Shown here one piece after another: positions 17,442-25,082 of a stretch of 64,000 bases of DNA. How positions within the stretch are numbered: position 1 is the stretch's first letter; the number at the start of each line of letters is the position of its first letter. The notes beneath the pieces were generated by a model. The model saw only the letters and a program-made list of their open reading frames with translations. It was not told the origin of the DNA and did no database searches. A program made the translations under genes and the position numbers. Source of the stretch: a virus; the IMG/VR virus record IMGVR_UViG_3300031949_000022, positions 1-64,000 of that record; one strand, written 5' to 3'.

Positions 17442-18858
17442 GGAGTTCCTCGTCGTTGTCGCGCTGTTCTTGGATCCCGGTCTCGATTTCGCCCCGGATC
17501 TTGCGTCGAGTGTCCTCGTCGAGCCCCGGAACTACCCCAATGGCAGCCCGGTATTTGGCCTCGATCTGGAACGTCTCGCTCGGAATTCCGAACGTCAACG
17601 CTTCCTTGAGTAGTGCCACCAGCGTCTCGGGAGCGAGCGTTTCGAACTTGTCGAGTCCCTCGACAGTCCACTCTGTTTGATCACCGCGTGCTCTGGATAG
17701 GAGGTTCAGGATGGACTTGAGAAAGTCTCGGACCAGCACCGCGTAGGCCCGAAGCACCACACGGATTGCCTCAGCATCCGCTATTTTGCTCTCTCCGCTC
17801 CGGCCAACAGCCGCCGCGTTGTTGTCAACTCCGAGCGACATCTGGGCGACGAGCCGGAAGATCTCGTCCTTCTGCGACTTGATTTCCTCTGACGTCAGGC
17901 TCAAATGACCCGTCGGCGGGGCCATGAACTCGGCTGAGTCCTCGGATCCAATCGTGATCCAGTATCCTGCCCCCATCTTTCCGGGGACGAAGTTTTCAGG
18001 GTCGGCCACCTTGAACAGAGGCATCGCATAGCAGGTCCGCTTGATGGACCAACTGAGACCGCTGCTCAGGCGGAAGTGTTCGATCTGGGCTGACTCTAGG
18101 CGGCTCGCGATCCAAAGCCCATCACCGACCGTGAGTTCCACCGCTGGAACACGACCAAGCCCGTGCTTGACCTCAACCTCTGGCGCTATGCTCGAGTTTT
18201 CGTTGAGAGTCTTGCCTTCGTCGACATCGACCCGGTATACGCTGACCGATTCACGGTCGGAAACCGTCCATTCATGGCGGGTCTTGTCGCGTGCGACTTC
18301 CGGAGTTTCTCGAGGCTTTGATTCCTGCTTGTAACAACACCACAGCAGGTTCCCCCTCTGGTCACGTTCCCAATCCAGTATGGATGGTTGCGGGACATGT
18401 CGCAGCTTGATGTCGGTAGCTCCCGTGGCGTCCGCCTCATACAGGCTGCTGGCCTTTCCGTAGGTCTCAGGGAAGTCCAGGGCGACGGTAGCTGTCTTGG
18501 TCACAAGAGCCGCAACTAGGCACTCCCGAAGGAACTCGATGAGGTCGGTGCCTTTTCCGTCGCAATCGTTCTCAACCGATTCGAACCACTCCGGTGGTTG
18601 ACCCCCGATCGGCTTGTAGATGATCGGAACAGCGAACATCTGAGCAGCGAAGAAGTCAACGACGGTGCCAATGTAGCTCCGGTATACAGCCTCTTTGCAC
18701 CGATCCGACCACGTTTCAAACGGTTCAGCCGGGTTCTGAACCAGGAACCGCTTGACGCGATCCCGGAAGCAACGACCACCCTTGTAAAGCGCGTCGTAGT
18801 CGAGCCACATGTCGACAGTGCGCTCGGGGTGATTGGCGTTCAGTTGCTTGACCAGCAT
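17257..18858 (-). CDS. portal protein
   Basis: 533 aa between terL and MuF; last ~61 aa overlap the MuF gene out of frame and look low-complexity. Confidence 0.75.
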   Translation of the reverse strand: MLVKQLNANHPERTVDMWLDYDALYKGGRCFRDRVKRFLVQNPAEPFETWSDRCKEAVYRSYIGTVVDFFAAQMFAVPIIYKPIGGQPPEWFESVENDCDGKGTDLIEFLRECLVAALVTKTATVALDFPETYGKASSLYEADATGATDIKLRHVPQPSILDWERDQRGNLLWCCYKQESKPRETPEVARDKTRHEWTVSDRESVSVYRVDVDEGKTLNENSSIAPEVEVKHGLGRVPAVELTVGDGLWIASRLESAQIEHFRLSSGLSWSIKRTCYAMPLFKVADPENFVPGKMGAGYWITIGSEDSAEFMAPPTGHLSLTSEEIKSQKDEIFRLVAQMSLGVDNNAAAVGRSGESKIADAEAIRVVLRAYAVLVRDFLKSILNLLSRARGDQTEWTVEGLDKFETLAPETLVALLKEALTFGIPSETFQIEAKYRAAIGVVPGLDEDTRRKIRGEIETGIQEQRDNDEELREIARGVGSGEETGPETDRGDRGPSAPADEEADQDSARRGRGGYQKSSPAVPRGPSKRAAG

Positions 18859-18862
18859 CTCG

Positions 18863-20269
18863 TCACATCAGACCGATGTTGGTCTGGCCCATGACCAGGG
18901 TGGACACTGGACTTGAGCAAGCGTGTAGCGCTAGAGCTAGCGCCCAGGCTCGATCAGCGTGCCCCGCGTCCGTATGGGGGGCATCGTACCTGACGTTGCC
19001 AGCACTCGTGACCTCGCGGCGGATCGAGCATAGCTCGTTCCTGAGCGCTTCTGCTGACCCGGGATCCGAGCCAGGAATAGCCTTGTCGGTTCTGGCGATC
19101 CGCACGGTGTTGTCGGTAAAATGGGTGTAAAGCGACGTCGCCAGGTCTTCCTTGACCGACGGCTTGAAAACCACAGGCTCCACTCGGGATACCCCGTACT
19201 GTCGCTGCATCGCCTCGGCCGGGAAGGCTCCTAGGCCGCTCGAGTCGACACAGAGCCTGCGGGCTCCGCATGTGACGAGCGCGTAGGAAACTAGAGCGTC
19301 TAGCGCTGCCTGATCTGTCCGCTTGCACGTCTTGACGATTCGAAGCCGGATGATCTTGTCCGCTCCCCGGCGTACCAGAACCAAAGCTGTCAAGTCTGCC
19401 GTACGTCCGATGTCGAGCCCTCCGTATGTTGGCCCGCCACTTGAGAGGTCGTCTTCCGAACATGCCGCAATGGCCTCGCTCGGGATGTATTGCATCGCTC
19501 CGTCGATGAATTTGCAGTTGAACAGCTGATCGAATATTCGCGGGTCGCCCTTTGCAAGGGTCCAGCACTTGGCCATGTCGACCCGCATACCGTCGTTGAT
19601 GGCCCTCTGGATCGGAAGCATGTGTCCGGCCCAACCATCGTTCTGCTCCGGGCGTTCCCAAAGTTCGTGGAAAGCATTCCCGGTACCGTTTGGAGTCGAT
19701 GCCACCCGAAGCCGGTATCCGTGCATCGTGACAGCTGCCGCACCGTCCCACACCTTCTCTGGGCGTTCGAGGTAGGCAAACTCATCCAGGAACACGTTGC
19801 CAGAGAATGACCTGCCGGCTGACGTTTGAGGTAGCGCGATGACGCGCCCGCCGCTCTTGAATTTGATCTCCTCGGCGGAGTCTCGTCCGCTGATGCCCGC
19901 CCATCTGGATCCGAAGTCCCTCAGCAGGGCAGCGTGCGTTTTGGACTTCTCGAGGACCTCTTTCGCTTCGCGCTCTCCCACGCTGATGAGGGTCGTGGTC
20001 TCACCAAACGCGACCCCCCACATGGTGGCGAGCCCACCAGTGGTGTGGCTGAAGCCAGTCTGCCGGCTCTTGTTGCAAATCGCTTGGTCGGAAGGCTCAA
20101 GCAGCCACTGCTGCTGGAACGGGTAGAACGTCTTGAACCAGGCGCCGAAAGCCCGCGCCTCACACGGTGGCAGTTTGGACAGCAGGAAGTCCCGATACTC
20201 GCGCCATTCCTGGCTCTCAGGACTCCTCAGAATCATCGTCATCCTCGACTTTGCGTGCCACCTTCCCAC
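18863..20269 (-). CDS. terL: terminase large subunit
   Basis: Walker-like NKSRQTGFS, Walker B VFLDEFA, nuclease Asp in GLDIGRTADLTALVLV; start uncertain (in-frame ATGs at 20242 and 20236). Confidence 0.9.
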   Translation of the reverse strand: MGRWHAKSRMTMILRSPESQEWREYRDFLLSKLPPCEARAFGAWFKTFYPFQQQWLLEPSDQAICNKSRQTGFSHTTGGLATMWGVAFGETTTLISVGEREAKEVLEKSKTHAALLRDFGSRWAGISGRDSAEEIKFKSGGRVIALPQTSAGRSFSGNVFLDEFAYLERPEKVWDGAAAVTMHGYRLRVASTPNGTGNAFHELWERPEQNDGWAGHMLPIQRAINDGMRVDMAKCWTLAKGDPRIFDQLFNCKFIDGAMQYIPSEAIAACSEDDLSSGGPTYGGLDIGRTADLTALVLVRRGADKIIRLRIVKTCKRTDQAALDALVSYALVTCGARRLCVDSSGLGAFPAEAMQRQYGVSRVEPVVFKPSVKEDLATSLYTHFTDNTVRIARTDKAIPGSDPGSAEALRNELCSIRREVTSAGNVRYDAPHTDAGHADRAWALALALHACSSPVSTLVMGQTNIGLM

Positions 20270-20915
20270 CGAAGCGCTCCGCTACTGCGGCCTGTATTGC
20301 TGCCGGGGTGATGACCATCGAGTGTTCTATCGGTCCGCCTTCCGGTCCAGAGTGCTCGAGCTCCATCCGGGTCAGCCCGAATTCCTTGGGCCAGCCGTGC
20401 TCCAGCGCCCACGATGCCGCTTTCAGCCTGATGCCGGCTTCGGCAGCGCGCTCGGGAATGACGGGCTCCCTACGGACCTTCCCATTGCCGTCACGGTCGA
20501 TGAACGTACCGTGGGACAGGGCCGCAATCTCGGCCCTCAGCGAGGTTTGCGCTACGGCTCTCGCCGCTCGAAACTGTACCGCCCAGGCGCGAAGTTCTTC
20601 AGGTGCGCGCGGATCTTCCTCGGCCTGTTGTACCCATCCCCGGACTGTCCTGTCAGAAACTCCGACCTCCAAAGCGGCGCCCGTGATGGTTCCAAAGGTC
20701 TGCTGGATGATCTGAATGATCTTTTGGCCCTTTTCCTGGTCCCACTTCAGCACCCAGGCCGGGTTGCCTCCCAGCGGGAGGACCGCTTTGCCAACGACCT
20801 TCATGGGCAGCGGGGGCTTCGCTTTCGGCTCTTTCGCCCGGCACGTTCGCAGGTTATGCCCGCGCTTCCCGCACCTTCTGCACTTATGCACGCGAACAGG
20901 GCCTTGTTTGGGCAT
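20217..20915 (-). CDS. terS: terminase small subunit candidate with N-terminal CCHC zinc knuckle and HTH
   Basis: CRRCGKRGHNLRTC (C-x2-C-x4-H-x4-C), HTH ITGAALEVGVSDRTVRGWV, acidic tail; directly upstream of terL. Confidence 0.6.
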   Translation of the reverse strand: MPKQGPVRVHKCRRCGKRGHNLRTCRAKEPKAKPPLPMKVVGKAVLPLGGNPAWVLKWDQEKGQKIIQIIQQTFGTITGAALEVGVSDRTVRGWVQQAEEDPRAPEELRAWAVQFRAARAVAQTSLRAEIAALSHGTFIDRDGNGKVRREPVIPERAAEAGIRLKAASWALEHGWPKEFGLTRMELEHSGPEGGPIEHSMVITPAAIQAAVAERFGGKVARKVEDDDDSEES

Positions 20916-20929
20916 ATTTTCCCTACATA

Positions 20930-21715
20930 TCAGCCCAGTAGCCCATCCCCTATGGGTTTACCCTTCAGGAGATCCATCACCATGTCTCCGCTCTGGGCGG
21001 GGTTGTCGAGGATCTCGTAACCGGTACGCTCGGCGAGCAGGTCCAGAAACTGCATCCGGTGCTCATGGTTTTTGAACACCAAGAACACGAAGAACTGGTC
21101 GTCGTCGCGAGCCTTCAGGGATCCGATGACCTTCGCCATCCTCTCCTTGGACTCCGCGAGTCGCTCGGACAGCTCCTGTAGACCTGCCGCGTTCCCCTCG
21201 GTCGCGGCCTTGTCGCCGAAAAGAGTGTAGATGTCGGCCGGGTCGAACCCTGTTGCGTCTAAGTCCAGACCAGGAGTCTTGTTCAGCAGCTCGTCGAGTC
21301 CATCAACCGTCCAGTCCCCCTGTGCCGTGGGGTTGTTGAGCAGGATGCAAGCCTCCTTCTCCTCAATCTCCGTCAGCGGAGGAACGGCCTTCGCGACCGT
21401 CAGGCGATAGTCCTTGGTGCCATAGAGTGCATCCAGGATGCCGAGTCGCTGGTTGCCACCGAAGGCATTGCCGGTGGGCTCGTTCCAGTTGCAGGAGGGC
21501 CCCAGCATACCAAGCTTCTTGATGCCCTTCCTGAGCCGCTTCTTGGACTCATCCGAAAGGATGCGCGGGTTGTAGGGCGCGTTGTGGATCTGGCTGCGAT
21601 GAATCTCGACAACGACGAAGCGCTCAACAGATTCCGTAGATGTCTCGGCGCCAGACGACCGCTTCGACGAACGGGAAGACCTCACAGACTTTTCGGTAGT
21701 CGCTTGGGTGTTCAT
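20930..21715 (-). CDS. ParB/sulfiredoxin-type nuclease-domain protein
   Basis: VVVEIHRSQIHNAPYNPRILSDESKKRLRKGIKKLGMLGP..GGNQRLGIL; start taken at ATG 21715, overlapping the upstream gene by ~90 nt. Confidence 0.65.
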   Translation of the reverse strand: MNTQATTEKSVRSSRSSKRSSGAETSTESVERFVVVEIHRSQIHNAPYNPRILSDESKKRLRKGIKKLGMLGPSCNWNEPTGNAFGGNQRLGILDALYGTKDYRLTVAKAVPPLTEIEEKEACILLNNPTAQGDWTVDGLDELLNKTPGLDLDATGFDPADIYTLFGDKAATEGNAAGLQELSERLAESKERMAKVIGSLKARDDDQFFVFLVFKNHEHRMQFLDLLAERTGYEILDNPAQSGDMVMDLLKGKPIGDGLLG

Positions 21716-22289
21716 CGTGCAACCACAGGACAGTGGGGGGTTCCAGGGAAATTCCCATTGATTCTCCATTGATCGATGGAGGGATCGGAATCGCTCTGAC
21801 CGCCATATAGCTCAGAACGTCTAGCCTTCTCCATCCAGCAATGGGGTTGAGCTCGTCTGGCCAGGCTTTGGCCGTGCAAGCCATCGACCTACGGCGCGCC
21901 ATCGAGTCCGACTTGCGTTTCCCTGTGATGACGATATCGCACTGGGCATCGTGCTTCGCAGCGTCGTAGACGTCACGAAACGACCAGGACGGGATACCAT
22001 CCATCGACATGTGCGACGGGCGGAAGTAGCCGCTCTTCAGCGCCGCCACCAGCCCTGGATGTGGGTACTGGCGGATCTGGGTGCCCCACCGCTTGGTGGC
22101 TCGTTCCAGTTGGGATTCGATGACGTCGAGCCCCGGGACGAACCACATGTGGAAGGCTTCGACACTCGCAAAGGTTCTGACTGCCATGTCGAGACAGCAG
22201 CAGGAATCCTTGCCCCCGCTGAAGGCCACCAGAGCATGCTGGCTCGCGTGGCCTCTCAGCAGTCCGAGAGCCTCGTCGATGCGTCCCAC
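21624..22289 (-). CDS. PAPS reductase / PP-loop ATP pyrophosphatase family protein
   Basis: PP-loop LVAFSGGKDSCCCLD; 221 aa; GTG start abuts upstream stop (TAGGTG). Confidence 0.8.
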   Translation of the reverse strand: MGRIDEALGLLRGHASQHALVAFSGGKDSCCCLDMAVRTFASVEAFHMWFVPGLDVIESQLERATKRWGTQIRQYPHPGLVAALKSGYFRPSHMSMDGIPSWSFRDVYDAAKHDAQCDIVITGKRKSDSMARRRSMACTAKAWPDELNPIAGWRRLDVLSYMAVRAIPIPPSINGESMGISLEPPTVLWLHDEHPSDYRKVCEVFPFVEAVVWRRDIYGIC

Positions 22290-22439
22290 CTATCGACCCG
22301 AGCCAGCTCCCGTCCCAGTCTTGCGATACCCGCCTCTCGCACCGGCACCTACACGACCAGCACTGATGGCACGGCCTCTCGCGGCCCTCGCCCTGGCAGC
22401 AGCAGCTCTCGCCTGTCCTGATAGTCTCGCAGCGGCCAT
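22290..22439 (-). CDS. 49-aa Arg/Ala/Gly-rich mini-protein (paralogue of 22904..23116)
   Basis: Trimmed from the 108-aa ORF to ATG 22439 (GGAGGG 8 nt upstream); MAAARLSGQ...TGTGAGSGR shares both termini with ORF 22904..23116. Confidence 0.4.
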   Translation of the reverse strand: MAAARLSGQARAAAARARAARGRAISAGRVGAGARGGYRKTGTGAGSGR

Positions 22440-22505
22440 TGTTCGGCCCTCCGTTCTGTTGTGTACACGCTTGACCCCATGGCCGCGGCGTGGTACTATC
22501 TGATT

Positions 22506-22907
22506 ATGCGACTTTTGACGTTGAAACCACCGTGGGCCTACATGTTGGCACACTGTGGGAAGAATGTAGAAAACCGATCCTGGTACACTCCGTACCGCGG
22601 GCCGCTCCTGATCCACTCGAGCCAGTCGTGTAGCAGGAGGTACTACACTGAGGCCGTCGAGTGGCTGGCGTCCCGTGGTCTCCCGTCGCTACCGCCGTAC
22701 GAGGACCTGGCGTGTGGGGCCGTCGTCGCCACCGCCTACCTGTCCAGTGTCGTGACTCGCCTCGGATCTTCCTGGTACGAGCCGGGGTCCTACGGGTGGG
22801 TTCTGATCGACATCCAGGCGTTGGCTCGTCCGGTGCCGTGCCGAGGAGCCCTGAAGCTCACGCGGCCTGATGCCGACGTGATCTCCGCGGTCGGGATGGC
22901 GGGCTAG
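22506..22907 (+). CDS. ASCH domain protein
   Basis: MRLLTLKPPWAYMLAHCGKNVENRSW..PLLIHSS..GAVVATAYL..SYGWVLIDIQALARPVPCRGALKL is a classic ASCH pattern; only plus-strand gene in this region; stop shares CTAG with the convergent ORF. Confidence 0.75.
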   Translation: MRLLTLKPPWAYMLAHCGKNVENRSWYTPYRGPLLIHSSQSCSRRYYTEAVEWLASRGLPSLPPYEDLACGAVVATAYLSSVVTRLGSSWYEPGSYGWVLIDIQALARPVPCRGALKLTRPDADVISAVGMAG

Positions 22908-23116
22908 CGGCCGCTTCCAGCGCCGGTTCGTCGTCGTCGTCGTCCGCCGCCCTTCCCCCCGACTTTGCCCTTGCTCATGAGAGCTCGGCTAGTCGTCAGG
23001 TTTTTGAGGTACGTGGAGCGGGCGTTGGGGTTTGGCTTGCGGGATTGTCCGGCGCGGCTGGCCTCATCGGAGTCGATCGCTCGACCGCGGAAGATGGCCT
23101 TACGCGCGGCAGCCAT
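22904..23116 (-). CDS. 70-aa basic mini-protein (MAAAR...TGAGSGR family)
   Basis: ORF track; ends GGKGGGRRRRRTGAGSGR; ATG abuts upstream stop (TAGATG). Confidence 0.5.
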   Translation of the reverse strand: MAAARKAIFRGRAIDSDEASRAGQSRKPNPNARSTYLKNLTTSRALMSKGKVGGKGGGRRRRRTGAGSGR

Positions 23117-23281
23117 CTACCGGCCCTTGCCTTTGCCTCGGCCCTTTTTGGTGCCTTTGCCGCCGCATTTGCTGAATTTCATGCAGACGTCAGGGTGGCT
23201 GGTTGGAATCCACTCGGCCGGGATGTCGATGACGAGACGCCGCGGAGATGGGCGGCGCTTCGGCTCAGCCTGTTCGGTCAT
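23117..23281 (-). CDS. 54-aa basic-tailed mini-protein
   Basis: Internal ATG 23281 of the 91-aa ORF; ends KCGGKGTKKGRGKGKGR; start uncertain. Confidence 0.35.
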   Translation of the reverse strand: MTEQAEPKRRPSPRRLVIDIPAEWIPTSHPDVCMKFSKCGGKGTKKGRGKGKGR

Positions 23282-23388
23282 CTTTTCGGACCTGGGAGTT
23301 GACCAGCCAACGTTGCCACGGTCTCCGCATAGCGTCCTGCCAAAGGATCTGTGTTGCGTTTCCTCCCACCGGACCCCACCCAGCCCCG

Positions 23389-23637
23389 TCACGCCCCGTC
23401 GTTTGACCTAGCGTCCGGCATCTGTTCGAAGACCCACTGCTCGAGTCGATCCCACACCTCCGGGAAGGTTGAGCGCAGCAGCGCCTCGGTCGTGACATTC
23501 CGGCCGCCTCGCTTGACCAGTGCATTTTCCCTCCGCAGCCAATCGGTAGCTTTTTCGGTCGTCCAACCGTGCTCCGACCCTCCCATCAGGTCTCGGACGG
23601 TCGGCATGTCGATGTAGAGCGGGAGTTTTAGCCTCAT
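23389..23637 (-). CDS. hypothetical 82-aa protein (possible small DNA-binding protein)
   Basis: ATG 23637 forms ATGA overlap with upstream stop. Confidence 0.55.
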   Translation of the reverse strand: MRLKLPLYIDMPTVRDLMGGSEHGWTTEKATDWLRRENALVKRGGRNVTTEALLRSTFPEVWDRLEQWVFEQMPDARSNDGA

Positions 23638-24419
23638 TTCGCCACCGTCCACCACGTCAGGTGTACCCCCAACGGACCCACCGGGTCGTCGTCATCGGAC
23701 CCGGCGTAGGAGTCCTGGGCCTCATGCAGGAGCTGTCGGCACTGACCCCGAGCCTGCTCGAATAGCCGCCGCTTCAGGTCTTCTGGACGCTTCTGCTGCT
23801 GGAGTACCTGCCATTCGGCCACCAGCCGCTCTGCGGGCTGTCCTGCCTCGTCGTGCTCGCCGAGGCGCCTGGATCTGGCCTCGAGGAGTTTCTCGCCGGC
23901 GGCCGTCAGCGGCATGATGGCCGCCCAGCGCCCCAGGCTGCCCGTCTCGTAGCGGTTCGCGGCCAGGCCATGGTAGGCGGCCAGGGCGGAGTAGAGCCGC
24001 CCCTGAGAGGCACGCAGGCGTCGGGAAACCCTACCGTAGCGGCAGAGCACATGGTCGTGGGGGCCATCTCCCCAGGCCCCACCGGAGTCGTCCTGCCCGT
24101 CGGCATCCAGGCTGGGGTCGAATTCCTCGACGAAGGGAGCGGCGGCTCGGCGAAGGATGTCACGGAGCGACGCGTCAAACCCTATGGTGGAGTCCCGGCA
24201 GCAGTTGCGCTGACGATATTCCCAGACCTGGACCCGGTGTTCGGGCGGGCTCAGGACGCGTTCGCCAGCGCTCGTCATCGACAGAGCCTCGGCGGCCTCC
24301 AGCATCCTGCCCCATGGGGAGCCCTCGAAGGCGCTCTGCCCGGCGCCGAAAAACCAGCGGAGGTCCGCCTCATCGTACGTCGTGAATCGTCTGCGATCCG
24401 TTGCCTGTGGTGCGATCAT
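23634..24419 (-). CDS. hypothetical protein (261 aa)
   Basis: Long ORF in operon; no motif. Confidence 0.55.
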   Translation of the reverse strand: MIAPQATDRRRFTTYDEADLRWFFGAGQSAFEGSPWGRMLEAAEALSMTSAGERVLSPPEHRVQVWEYRQRNCCRDSTIGFDASLRDILRRAAAPFVEEFDPSLDADGQDDSGGAWGDGPHDHVLCRYGRVSRRLRASQGRLYSALAAYHGLAANRYETGSLGRWAAIMPLTAAGEKLLEARSRRLGEHDEAGQPAERLVAEWQVLQQQKRPEDLKRRLFEQARGQCRQLLHEAQDSYAGSDDDDPVGPLGVHLTWWTVAK

Positions 24420-24435
24420 GCGGTAGCCTTTCTGT

Positions 24436-24684
24436 TCAGGCTATCCGGTTCGTATCAGCCCACCACAGCCCCCGAAGGTTGCCGCCTCCGGGGGCTTCGT
24501 TCGTCATGGTTCTTCCTTGTCTCACCATTTGGGCCAGCGTGTTTCCGCAAGCGCACACCCAAACGATGCACGGGTTCGCCGTGGCCGGCCCAGACACTGG
24601 ACGATCCAAGATGGCCATGAACGCGACGTTGGAATCGGCTACCATCGGGAGCCCACAGTTATTGCACATGATGGGCTTTGTCAC
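24436..24684 (-). CDS. hypothetical Cys-containing small protein (82 aa)
   Basis: CNNC...CACG pattern suggests a zinc ribbon; 4-nt overlap upstream. Confidence 0.5.
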   Translation of the reverse strand: MTKPIMCNNCGLPMVADSNVAFMAILDRPVSGPATANPCIVWVCACGNTLAQMVRQGRTMTNEAPGGGNLRGLWWADTNRIA

Positions 24685-25082
24685 TTTTCCTCGTCTCCAA
24701 GTGACGCCAACAATGCTGAGTAGTTCACCGTCTCGTGACGGTGCAGTTCAGCGTCAACCATCGCGTCGTGTAGTGCCTGCTCTTCCGGGCCCCGCCCGAT
24801 CGTCATCATGTCTTGATAGCCTGGGTCAGCGCGATCGTTGGGGTCCAGTCGCTCGGTGAAGCACACGAGCCGGTACTGATGTCCACATCCACCTTCGATG
24901 CGCTCGCACATCATGATCGCTGCACCGATGGCCGCATCCAGCGTTCTACGTTCGACTGTGCCCCGGAGCCATAGGCCCAAGGACAACGGTCCCTCGATTG
25001 AGCAGCTGACTCCGTTGTCGGTTAGTTCTGCTTTGAGATTCACGGCACGACCTCCGCGCATGCCGGTTCGACCACGCGCCAA
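24681..25082 (-). CDS. hypothetical protein (133 aa)
   Basis: ORF in operon; start may be the in-frame ATG at 25061. Confidence 0.5.
   Translation of the reverse strand: MARGRTGMRGGRAVNLKAELTDNGVSCSIEGPLSLGLWLRGTVERRTLDAAIGAAIMMCERIEGGCGHQYRLVCFTERLDPNDRADPGYQDMMTIGRGPEEQALHDAMVDAELHRHETVNYSALLASLGDEEK

Noticed and set aside
22440-22616. Upstream 59 codons of the 108-aa minus-strand ORF 22290..22616
   Set aside because: This part overlaps the well-supported ASCH gene on the opposite strand. An RBS-preceded ATG at 22439 gives the paralogous mini-protein.
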